Shown here: positions 27,874-35,682 of the stretch, in pieces
How positions within the stretch are numbered: position 1 is the stretch's first letter
Layout: every line of letters starts with the position of its first letter
Assembly (NCBI GenBank): GCA_016235455.1
Contig: JACRKZ010000069.1
Location: forward strand, 27,913-91,912
DNA from: Armatimonadota bacterium
GTDB taxonomy: Bacteria > Armatimonadota > UBA10988
Length of the DNA stretch: 64,000 nucleotides
Direction of reading: 5' to 3'
Translations under genes and position numbers: made by a program
The notes under the pieces: model-generated
Databases searched by the model: none
What the model saw: only the letters and a program-made list of their open reading frames with translations
Told to the model about the DNA's origin: nothing

Positions 27874-28503
27874 CTAGGCGATGAGCGCCTTGAGCATATC
27901 GACGCAGCTACCGGCGTCCGGCGAGTAGCCGTCGGCACCGATCTCGTCGCAGTAGGCCTGGGTCACCGGCGCGCCGCCGATGATGACCTTGACACCGTCC
28001 TTGAGGCCGGCTTCCTTGAGCGCCTCGATGGTGCGGCCGATGTTCGGCATGGTGGTCGTCAGCAGGGCCGACAGAGCCACCACCGACGCACCGTCGGACA
28101 CGGCTTCGATGAACTTCTCGGGCGACACGTCGACGCCCAGGTCCATGACCTTGAAGCCGGCGCCCTCGAGCATCATGGCCACCAGGTTCTTGCCGATGTC
28201 GTGAAGGTCGCCCTGCACCGTACCGATGGCCACCGTGGCCAACGCGGGCATGTCGCCTTCCTTCAGGAACGGCTTGACCAGCGCCATGGCGCCCTTCATC
28301 GCGCGAGCGGCGATGAGCACCTCGGGCACGTAGAACTCGTTGTTCTTGAACTTCTCACCCACCACCAACATGCCGGGAATGAGTCCGTCGTTGACGATGG
28401 CGCTCGGCGCGGTACCCTCGTCCAACGCCTCTTGGGTCAGCCGCGTCGCTTCGGGCAGATTGCCGCCGATCACGGCCTCCTGCATGCTGTTGAAGTCTGC
28501 CAT
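27874..28503 (-). CDS. Cobalamin-binding corrinoid protein (MtaC/MtbC/MetH B12-domain type)
   Basis: FYVPEVLIAARAM cap domain, GDLHDIGKNLV (DxHxxG), LSALLTTT and IIGGAPV. Confidence 0.93.
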   Translation of the reverse strand: MADFNSMQEAVIGGNLPEATRLTQEALDEGTAPSAIVNDGLIPGMLVVGEKFKNNEFYVPEVLIAARAMKGAMALVKPFLKEGDMPALATVAIGTVQGDLHDIGKNLVAMMLEGAGFKVMDLGVDVSPEKFIEAVSDGASVVALSALLTTTMPNIGRTIEALKEAGLKDGVKVIIGGAPVTQAYCDEIGADGYSPDAGSCVDMLKALIA

Positions 28504-28561
28504 TGGTCACCTTCCTCTGACATGGACCGCGCCGCCACACGCGGCGCTTGGCCCAGCGGTC

Positions 28562-28645
28562 ATTCTAGTGGCCAGCGACCGCGCAGGGGAAGTACCTGAG
28601 GGCCCCATGAGCACGAAGTTACCAGGCAGAGCACGAAACTACCAG
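28562..28645 (-). promoter_or_regulatory. Putative activator-dependent promoter of the corrinoid operon with 17-bp direct repeats
   Basis: -10 TAGAAT (28567-28562) with a poor -35. GAGCACGAAGTTACCAG (28609-28625) and GAGCACGAAACTACCAG (28629-28645), 15/17 identical, 20-bp period. Confidence 0.6.
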
Positions 28646-28658
28646 AAGACGGTGAGAA

Positions 28659-28988
28659 TCAGCGAGTCGCGTCGATGCGGCTGGGGCGCGGCGTGGGGTC
28701 TGTGGCCGGGGCTGGCGTCAGGTGGCCCATGGCGATGGCCAACGAGAGCTCGGTCAGCGTCAGGTCGCGGAAGCTGGCGCCGTTGTCGTGGGTGATGCTG
28801 ATCGTCTGGCGCGGATCGAGCCCGGCCAGGTGGGCGCGCAGGTCGTCCACGCCGACTCGTCGCGGCAGGCCGTGGTCGACCAGCGCGATGCCTCGCCCAT
28901 TGATCAGCCAGATGCTGGTCTCGGTGTCGATCTGCGCCTCCGCGTCCTGGTCGCGGCACCAGTCGAGCAGTTCCTCTGGTTCTATCAT
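28659..28988 (-). CDS. Hypothetical protein (109 aa)
   Basis: ATG after AAAGG, protein-like composition, fills the gap between neighbouring genes. No family recognised. Confidence 0.55.
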   Translation of the reverse strand: MIEPEELLDWCRDQDAEAQIDTETSIWLINGRGIALVDHGLPRRVGVDDLRAHLAGLDPRQTISITHDNGASFRDLTLTELSLAIAMGHLTPAPATDPTPRPSRIDATR

Positions 28989-29076
28989 CCTTTGCGGGCC
29001 TCTTTCCCTTAAGCATAGGGCCCATGCGTAACGTCAACGCGAACCGCGTGTGATCCGCGCGTAGCGGCGGCCCAAA

Positions 29077-29114
29077 TGGGAACCGCCATCCGGCGAGCCG
29101 GATGGCGGTTCCCA
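29077..29114 (-). terminator. Rho-independent terminator
   Basis: Perfect inverted repeat TGGGAACCGCCATCCGGC/GCCGGATGGCGGTTCCCA followed by TTT on the minus strand, about 22 nt after the stop at 29137. Confidence 0.75.
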
Positions 29115-29136
29115 GACCTAGGAGGCCACTCAGCGC

Positions 29137-30024
29137 TTACGCACCGCCATGGGCCGCGGCAGCGGCCGGAGCGGCCGGCGCCGGCGTCTTGGCAGCCGGA
29201 GCCGCCGGCGCAGCCGGGGCGGCCGGAGCAGCCGACTTGGCAGCCGGAGCAGCAGGGGCAGCGGGGGCCGGAGCGGCCGGAGCGGCAGCCTTGGCGGCCG
29301 GAGCGGCCGGAGCAGCGGCAGCCGACGCCGCGGGGGCCGCGGGGGAGGCCGGCGCGGCAGCCGACGGCGCCGCCGGGGCAGCAGCGGCAGCCGGAGCAGC
29401 CGTCTTGCTGTCGGTCTTGGGCTCGGCGGCGGCAGCCACCAGGGCGAGGATGCTGCTGGTCTTGGGCTCGACGTTGGCGCCGGCCTTGACCATCTCCTCG
29501 ACGGCCGCGACCAAGTTGGCCAGAATGTCCAAGCGGGCGTCCTTCTTGTCACCCAGAACGCTGTCCTTCAGGCGCGCGCTGTCCTTCTTCACCGCGTCCA
29601 GCAGCGCATAGGCCTGCTCGAGCATCTCGGTGGCCAATGCTTCGCTGGCCTTGAGCTCGGGCATGACCGGCGCGGCCGGCACTTCGGCAGCCGGCGCAGC
29701 CGCGGCGGCTGGAGCTGCGGGCTTGGGGGCCGACTTGGCGATAGCGGAGGCCGGGATGGGACCCTTGGCCTTGATGCCCTGCTTGGCCGAGAGGCCGAAG
29801 CTGGCCAACTGGGCGGCCTGCACCGTGCGGCTCATGCTCTCGGCGAGCAGCTTCTCCGCCTCGTCCTTCTGCATCTTGCTGGCGATCTTCTTCTTGGCGA
29901 CCTTGGCCGGACTATCGGCGTCAAGCCCCGCGGGCGGGGTCTTGCTGCAGCCAGCGACCAAGATCGACAACGCCAACGCCACCGTCGGCGCGGCAACGCG
30001 CGTGAAGAGCTTCATGGTTTCCAT
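29137..30024 (-). CDS. Lipoprotein with Ala/Pro-rich low-complexity tail
   Basis: Lipobox LVAGC, helical Lys/Ala-rich core, about 80-aa APAAPAA C-terminal tail. Confidence 0.75.
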   Translation of the reverse strand: METMKLFTRVAAPTVALALSILVAGCSKTPPAGLDADSPAKVAKKKIASKMQKDEAEKLLAESMSRTVQAAQLASFGLSAKQGIKAKGPIPASAIAKSAPKPAAPAAAAAPAAEVPAAPVMPELKASEALATEMLEQAYALLDAVKKDSARLKDSVLGDKKDARLDILANLVAAVEEMVKAGANVEPKTSSILALVAAAAEPKTDSKTAAPAAAAAPAAPSAAAPASPAAPAASAAAAPAAPAAKAAAPAAPAPAAPAAPAAKSAAPAAPAAPAAPAAKTPAPAAPAAAAAHGGA

Positions 30025-30185
30025 CTTCCTGCCGCGGGCCCTCTGGCGGGGCGCCGGCGGCGACATACGGACCGGTCGATGTCGATCCCTGACAGGTGTG
30101 CGACCGCCGCGGATCTCCCCAGGCCTAGCCTAGCCCGCCCGGCGTTACCCACCAGGTCGCCTCCCGACCGCAGGCGACGTATTGG

Positions 30186-30214
30186 AGTATACGGACCCCG
30201 CTTGCCGGTGTCAA
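30186..30214 (-). promoter_or_regulatory. Near-consensus sigma70 promoter of the lipoprotein gene
   Basis: Minus strand TTGACA-17 nt-TATACT. Confidence 0.75.
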
Positions 30215-30369
30215 CGGATCACGACGTGGCATGACTCTGCGTTGGCCGGCCCAGGCGCCGGGTCCGGCGTGCCGCGACACTCGCTGCACCGACTCGCCGC
30301 CGCTGGCCCGCCGACTCGCGCCGCCGGCCGCGCCACACGATCAGAGGCCCGACCAGCGCCAACTTGCGG

Positions 30370-30398
30370 TTGACAGATGCAAACGGGTGTTCCAGACT
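30370..30398 (+). promoter_or_regulatory. Sigma70 promoter with overlapping LexA/SOS-box-like site
   Basis: TTGACA-17 nt-CAGACT. The spacer contains CAAAC-GGGT-GTTC (30380-30392). Confidence 0.6.
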
Positions 30399-30420
30399 GG
30401 GTGTGGCAAGGAGACAGGAC

Positions 30421-30945
30421 ATGGACTGGAAGAGCCTGCTGGGCAGCCTGCTGGCCCGCGAGTACCGCGCGGCCGAGGGGTTGTTGGGCAAGTTGACCGA
30501 CGCGGATCTGACCTGGAAGCCGGCGACCGAGAACAACTGGATGACCGCCGGGCAGTTGGCGCACCACGTGGGCGATGCCTGTGGGATGCTGTTCGTCGGT
30601 TTCATCAGCGGTCAGTGGCCCTGCCCCGAGGGCGTTGACCCAGAGAACATGAAGCCCGAAGACATGCTGCCGCCGGCCGAGAAGCTGCCGACGGTGGCGA
30701 CCGTGGCCGAGGCGCTGGCGCGGCTGGCCGCTGATCGCGAAGCGGCGCTGGCGGCGTTGGCCGGGTGCGATGACAGCCGTTTCGGCGATCCGACGCCGGC
30801 GGCCTGGGATCCGACGCCGATCCCGCTGGGCGAGCGGCTGCTGCAGGGCGTGGAGCATCTGGCCAGCCACAAGACGCAGTTGTTCTACTACCTCAAGCTG
30901 CGCGGCGTGCCGGTGCACACCGGTGATCTGTGGGGCATGGCGTAG
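30421..30945 (+). CDS. DinB/YfiT family protein
   Basis: AGGAG RBS. DLTWKP...MTAGQLAHHV and EHLASHKTQLFYYLKLRG His-triad pattern. Confidence 0.85.
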   Translation: MDWKSLLGSLLAREYRAAEGLLGKLTDADLTWKPATENNWMTAGQLAHHVGDACGMLFVGFISGQWPCPEGVDPENMKPEDMLPPAEKLPTVATVAEALARLAADREAALAALAGCDDSRFGDPTPAAWDPTPIPLGERLLQGVEHLASHKTQLFYYLKLRGVPVHTGDLWGMA

Positions 30946-33900
30946 CTACGGGTTGACCAGCCGCCCGTCGCCCGTACGCACGAGCCGCGTGGGGGCGACG
31001 GCGGCTGGCGCCAGCCCGGTCTGCGGGCGCGGGCTGCCCAGCACGACGCGGCCCGGCAGGGAGAGTGTCGGCGTCTGGGCGGGTGCCTGGGCCGGCAATA
31101 TCACGCGGGTCATGGGGATGGGCAGCAGGTCGGCTGGCGGCGCGAGCGGGTCGAGCAGGCCCGACCAAGCGCCCCACAGGCCGGGCATCACATCCACCGG
31201 GGCGGAGGCCAGGCGCGGCGTCTCGCCGTTGGTGGTCAGCCAGCCGGTGACCAGCGGCGCGAGCGGCGGCATGGGCGGCAGGCCCATGGCCAGCGCGATG
31301 CGGTCCGGCGTGATCATGTCCGGCTCGAGCGCCATGCCGCCGGCCGCCGGCTCGGTAAGCACGCCGAGCAGTGGGATGGTGGTCAGCGGCGGAGCGGCGG
31401 CCTGCGGCGCGTCCGTCGGGCGGAGCGGCGCCGCGGTGCGCACGGGCTGCGGCAGCGGCCGGGGCGGCGTCAGCCGGGCTGGGGCCTCGGCCGGCCGCGC
31501 CACCGGCGCCTCCGCCGGCTGTGCCAGAGGCAGGCTCGGCGGTTGCGGCGTCGGGCGGGCCGGCGGCTGCGCCGTGGGTTGGGTTGGCGGTGGAGCTGTG
31601 GGCGGTGCGACGGGCAGCGCGGTCGACCGGCTCGGCGACGCGACCACGGGAGCTTGCGCGGCGCGCGGCGCGACTGGCGTCGCCGGTGCCGGCAGGGCGC
31701 CTTGCGTGCGCGGCGTCGGGTCGGGGCGCGGCATGGGCTTGGGTTCGGGCGCGGCGGGCTTGGGCGCCGGGGGCTTCTCGCTGCCCATTTGCTCCTGGCT
31801 GCGGATGTACTCGCGCAGCGCCGGGAACTCGGTATCCAACTGCTGCTGGCGCTGCTCGCTGATGTTGCGCAGTTGCTCCTCGGTGGTCACCACGAACGGT
31901 GTAAGGAAGACCATCAGCTCGGTGCGCTCCTGGTGGTCCTTGGTGGAGCGGAAGAGCGGGCCGATGATGGGCAGGTCCTGGAGGAACGGCACGCCGGTGC
32001 GCTGCTTGTCCACCTTGTCGCGGATGATGCCACCGATGACCACCGTCTGGCCGCTTTCGACCATGACATCGGTGGTGGCGCGTCGCGTGGCGATGAGCGG
32101 CAGGTCGAAGTTGCCCTGCCTGACCGTGCCGGTCAGCTCATCGATCTGCTGGTCCACGCTGAGTGTGACCATCTGGCTGCCCAGGCTGACGCGCGGCAAG
32201 ACATCCAGCTTGACCACGATGTCTTTCAGATCGAAGTTGGCCACGACGTTGCCGTTGTTGCCTTCGCTCTGGCTGGAGGGGAACGGGAAGCGCTGGCCGA
32301 TGCTGATGCTGGCCTGCTTGTTGTTCACGCCGGTGACGTGCGGCGTAGACAGCACCTTGACCCGCTGCTTGTCCGAGAGTGCCTTGAGCAGCGCCGAGAA
32401 CTCGTCGTGGACCAGGGCGTAGCGGATGCCCTGGGTGACGTTCTGATTGAGGTTGAGGTTGGTCGCGGCGGTATCGCCCTTGAGCGGGGCGTGGGTCCAC
32501 GACAGCTCCACGCCGAGGTTCTGCGTGTCGTTGAGCGTGACATCGGCGATGATCACCGAGATGTAGACCTGTGCCTGGGGCTGGTCTAGCCCAGACACGA
32601 GGCGGCGCACGGTGGGCAGCGACTCGGCGGGTCCGCTGACTATCAGCGAGTTGGATGTCTCTTCGGCCACGACGGTCACGTCGCGCAACTGCTGCAGCGG
32701 GCTGTCGGTCGAGCGCTGGTCGCCGAACACGAAGAACATCCAGCCGCGGTCGTTGTTGCTGCCGCGCAGCAAGCGGCTCAGGCTGGCCTGTACGGTGGAA
32801 GCCTTGGCGAACTCGAGCGGGATGACCTCGACCACGTCCTGCACCTGGCTGGGCTGGTCCATGCTCTTGATCAGCTCCTCGTAGATGCGCTGATTCTCGG
32901 GCGTGGCGGTGATCAGCAGGCTGTTGGTGCGCAGGTCGGGCACCACCAGGTTCTCCTTGAGGCTGGTGAACCCGCGGTCGGGCTGATTCTCCTCGTTCTG
33001 GCCCCAGCGCCGGAACCAAGAGGGCATGCGGCTGGCGCCGCCTTCGGGCTGCTGGAAGAGCTGGTTGAGGCTGCTGGAGATCTGCGCCGCGTCGGCGAAC
33101 TGGAGTTGGTAGCGCTTGAAGACCACCTGCCGGCTGACATCCTGGTCGAGCTGGGTGATGGTCTCGCGCAGCGTCTTGAGCGTCTCCGGCGGGCCGTAGA
33201 GCACCAGTGAGTTGGTGCGCACATCGGCCGTGATCTTGACGGTGTCCGTGGCCTTGATGCCGCCCGCCTGCAGCATCTGCATCATGCCTTCGCCGCCACC
33301 GGGCATGCCGCCCATGCCGCCGCGGCCTCCGCCTCCGCCCTGCAACTGCTGTCGCAGTGCGGCCAGCGGGTTGGCGAACATGTCGTTGAGCAGCTTCTGC
33401 ACTTCGGTCGCGTTGGCGTGGACCAGGCGCACCACTTCCACGGCGCGGCGGTCGTCGGGCACCTTGTCGACCAGTGCGATGATCTCCAACATGCGCTTGA
33501 TGTTGATGCCGGTGTCGGTGATGACGAGGTTGTTCGAGTCCTCGAGCGTGACGATGCTGGCGTGTTCCTTGTTGAGCAGCGGCTTGAGGGTCTCGCCCAG
33601 CGTGCGTGCGGGCAGGTACTTGATTTCGACCACCTGGGTGACGATCTGGATGTTGGCCGGCACCGTGGCGGGGTCGTTGCCCTGCTGCACGATGGTGCCC
33701 TGGTTGGCGGCGTCACGGCGCGGCCAGATCTCCAGGATCTTGGTCTTGTCGTCCAGCCCGCCGATCAGCGTGAAGCCATGCACGTTGAGTGCGGTGCGCA
33801 TGATCTCCAGGCTCTCGGCCGGCGTGACTTCCTTGGCCGAGATGACTGTGATGCTGCCCTGCAGGCTGGGGTGGATGGCGATCGTCTTGCCCCAGATGGT

Positions 33901-34221
33901 GGACAGCGCGCGCAGTACGGCGCCGATATCGGCGTTCTCGAAGGTCATCGAGATGAGGCCCTTGGCCTCCTTGGGCAGGTTCTCGGGATCGAACGGGCGT
34001 GTCTTGCCGCTGTTGCCAGGGCTGCCACCACTGTCCGGTGTCTTCTGCGGGCCGTCGGAGCCGGGCACCGGCGCGGCGCCGGGTGGCGGCGTCATACCGG
34101 GCGGCATGGTCATGCCCGGCGGCATGGTCATGCCCGGCGGCATGCCGGCGCCGTCTGGTCGACGTCGCCCGCTCCAGCCCCCCGGCGGCTGCGCCGCGAC
34201 GGGCAGGGCCAGCGCGGCCAT
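30946..34221 (-). CDS. gspD: Type II secretion secretin with Pro-rich extensions
   Basis: N0 FENADI and GSITVIS, repeated N domains (DVRTNSLVL, DLRTNSLLI, EETSNSLIV), LDQPQAQVYI, VLSTPHV, GQTVVIGG, GVPFLQDLPIIGPLF and TELMVFLTP. The start may lie up to about 80 nt further upstream. Confidence 0.92.
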   Translation of the reverse strand: MAALALPVAAQPPGGWSGRRRPDGAGMPPGMTMPPGMTMPPGMTPPPGAAPVPGSDGPQKTPDSGGSPGNSGKTRPFDPENLPKEAKGLISMTFENADIGAVLRALSTIWGKTIAIHPSLQGSITVISAKEVTPAESLEIMRTALNVHGFTLIGGLDDKTKILEIWPRRDAANQGTIVQQGNDPATVPANIQIVTQVVEIKYLPARTLGETLKPLLNKEHASIVTLEDSNNLVITDTGINIKRMLEIIALVDKVPDDRRAVEVVRLVHANATEVQKLLNDMFANPLAALRQQLQGGGGGRGGMGGMPGGGEGMMQMLQAGGIKATDTVKITADVRTNSLVLYGPPETLKTLRETITQLDQDVSRQVVFKRYQLQFADAAQISSSLNQLFQQPEGGASRMPSWFRRWGQNEENQPDRGFTSLKENLVVPDLRTNSLLITATPENQRIYEELIKSMDQPSQVQDVVEVIPLEFAKASTVQASLSRLLRGSNNDRGWMFFVFGDQRSTDSPLQQLRDVTVVAEETSNSLIVSGPAESLPTVRRLVSGLDQPQAQVYISVIIADVTLNDTQNLGVELSWTHAPLKGDTAATNLNLNQNVTQGIRYALVHDEFSALLKALSDKQRVKVLSTPHVTGVNNKQASISIGQRFPFPSSQSEGNNGNVVANFDLKDIVVKLDVLPRVSLGSQMVTLSVDQQIDELTGTVRQGNFDLPLIATRRATTDVMVESGQTVVIGGIIRDKVDKQRTGVPFLQDLPIIGPLFRSTKDHQERTELMVFLTPFVVTTEEQLRNISEQRQQQLDTEFPALREYIRSQEQMGSEKPPAPKPAAPEPKPMPRPDPTPRTQGALPAPATPVAPRAAQAPVVASPSRSTALPVAPPTAPPPTQPTAQPPARPTPQPPSLPLAQPAEAPVARPAEAPARLTPPRPLPQPVRTAAPLRPTDAPQAAAPPLTTIPLLGVLTEPAAGGMALEPDMITPDRIALAMGLPPMPPLAPLVTGWLTTNGETPRLASAPVDVMPGLWGAWSGLLDPLAPPADLLPIPMTRVILPAQAPAQTPTLSLPGRVVLGSPRPQTGLAPAAVAPTRLVRTGDGRLVNP

Positions 34222-34279
34222 CAGCGTCACAGCGAGCCCTGCCCTCAGGACTCGTGTACGCCTGGTGTATGGACACTGC

Positions 34280-35041
34280 CTACCCAACTTCGTCTCCCTC
34301 ACCACCGTCACCACCCTCGTCACCGCCGGCTTTGGCGCCGCCGCCACCACCACCACCGTCGGAGTAGCCGCTCCTCAGCGGTTCGACTCTCCGCTTGTCA
34401 CCCAGTTTCAGCGTCAGCGTCTTGCCCATCACCGGATCGGTGGCCGATAGGCCGACGCGGCCGGCTTTGGCGTCGATGTACGTCACCTGCCAGCCCCACG
34501 CCGACTCCCCGACACCCATGATGCGAGACGTGCCGTAGCGCGTGTTTTCGATGACCGCCTTGGTGCCGCCCAGCCGCATGATGCCCGTGAGGGCCAGGGG
34601 CGGCTTGGCGGCCGGCGGCGGCACCGCGGCGGGTGGCTGCGGCTTGACCGGCGGCTGCGTCACTGGGCGCGTCGGCCCGACGGGCAGCACTGGTGGGATG
34701 ATCGACGGGATCGGGCCCAGGTCGATCCTGGCTGACCGAGCCGGGCTGGCCGGCGTGCGCGTCGGCGCGGTGACCAACGGCGTGAACAGTTTGCGATCGA
34801 CAATCAGCTTGTACTCGGGCGGGATGCTGCCGATGGGCAGCGAACTGACGAATGCCGAGGCTGGGGCCCGACTGGGAGTTGTGGCCGGCCCGACGGCCTT
34901 GTTGCCGGTGCCGGCTGGGCTGCGGGCCTCCAACGGCGGCTCTCCCGGTGCGTTGATGCGCCGCAGCGCGACGATGCAACCCATGCACAGCAGCGCCGAG
35001 AAGACGGCCAGGATGACCAGATCGCGGTTGGTCACTTTCAT
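34280..35041 (-). CDS. GspC/PilP-like single-pass protein
   Basis: N-terminal TM segment, RKLF.P, Pro-rich linker, LALTGIM..G..AVIE and GWQVTYID homology-region-like domain. Lies immediately before gspD. Confidence 0.6.
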   Translation of the reverse strand: MKVTNRDLVILAVFSALLCMGCIVALRRINAPGEPPLEARSPAGTGNKAVGPATTPSRAPASAFVSSLPIGSIPPEYKLIVDRKLFTPLVTAPTRTPASPARSARIDLGPIPSIIPPVLPVGPTRPVTQPPVKPQPPAAVPPPAAKPPLALTGIMRLGGTKAVIENTRYGTSRIMGVGESAWGWQVTYIDAKAGRVGLSATDPVMGKTLTLKLGDKRRVEPLRSGYSDGGGGGGGAKAGGDEGGDGGEGDEVG

Positions 35042-35682
35042 GGCGTCTTCTCTCCCTCAGCAGCGCCAGCGGGGCCAGCGCTGGTGCTGCCGTTGGTCTT
35101 GCGCCGCTCGGCGGCCTTCTTGGCCTGGGCCTGGGCCAGTTCGCGCCGCGTCGCGCGGTCGGCGATGCCAAACGAGGTCAGCTGCACCTGCATGGTCAAC
35201 GGCCGCTCGGCCGCGTCGCGCCGGCGCACGGTCAGCCGGTCGATGCCGACCACGTTGGCCGAGGCCTGGATCTGGGCCAGGAAGGCCACCACGCCTTGCG
35301 TGTCGCCGGCCAGGTTGACCGTCACGCCGAACTTCAGCAGTCCGTCCTCGGTGAGCACCTCGGGCTTGGGCGCAACGCTTTCCACCTTCAACTGGCAGCC
35401 GGAAGCCAGACCCTCGAGCCGGCTGTAGAACGCCGCCGCGGCCATGCTGCGCTCGCCCGCCTCAAGTGGCATGCCGTAGGCGTCGAGCAGATCGCTCAGT
35501 TCGGCGCGGCCGCCACTGCGTTCGCGGATCTCTTTGTCCAGCCCGTCGGCCTCGGCGCGCAGCGTGGCGATCTCGTCGGCCATGCGTGTGTACGGGCCGA
35601 AGAGCGGTTCGCGGAGCAGGATCAGCCCCACGACCAACGAGGCGAGTAGCAGGGCCAGGTAGAGCGGAGTGCGTTCGCTCAT
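35038..35682 (-). CDS. GspM/PilO-like protein
   Basis: True start MSERTPLYL overlapping the upstream stop. TM helix, coiled coil and ferredoxin-like fold (VTVNLAG...FLAQIQ...IDRLTV). Confidence 0.7.
   Translation of the reverse strand: MSERTPLYLALLLASLVVGLILLREPLFGPYTRMADEIATLRAEADGLDKEIRERSGGRAELSDLLDAYGMPLEAGERSMAAAAFYSRLEGLASGCQLKVESVAPKPEVLTEDGLLKFGVTVNLAGDTQGVVAFLAQIQASANVVGIDRLTVRRRDAAERPLTMQVQLTSFGIADRATRRELAQAQAKKAAERRKTNGSTSAGPAGAAEGEKTP

Noticed and set aside
28609-28645. Mini CRISPR array
   Set aside because: Only two 17-bp units with a 3-nt gap and no cas genes. Better explained as an operator.
27719-28658. Cobalamin riboswitch near the corrinoid genes
   Set aside because: I could not find the conserved B12-box or core motifs by eye. 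An Rfam scan would be needed to exclude it fully.
29140-29400. Repeat array GCAGCCGGAGCGGCC
   Set aside because: It is coding low complexity (Ala/Pro tail), not an independent element.
34375-34400. tRNA T-loop-like GGTTCGACTC
   Set aside because: It lies within a CDS, with no cloverleaf or acceptor stem around it.
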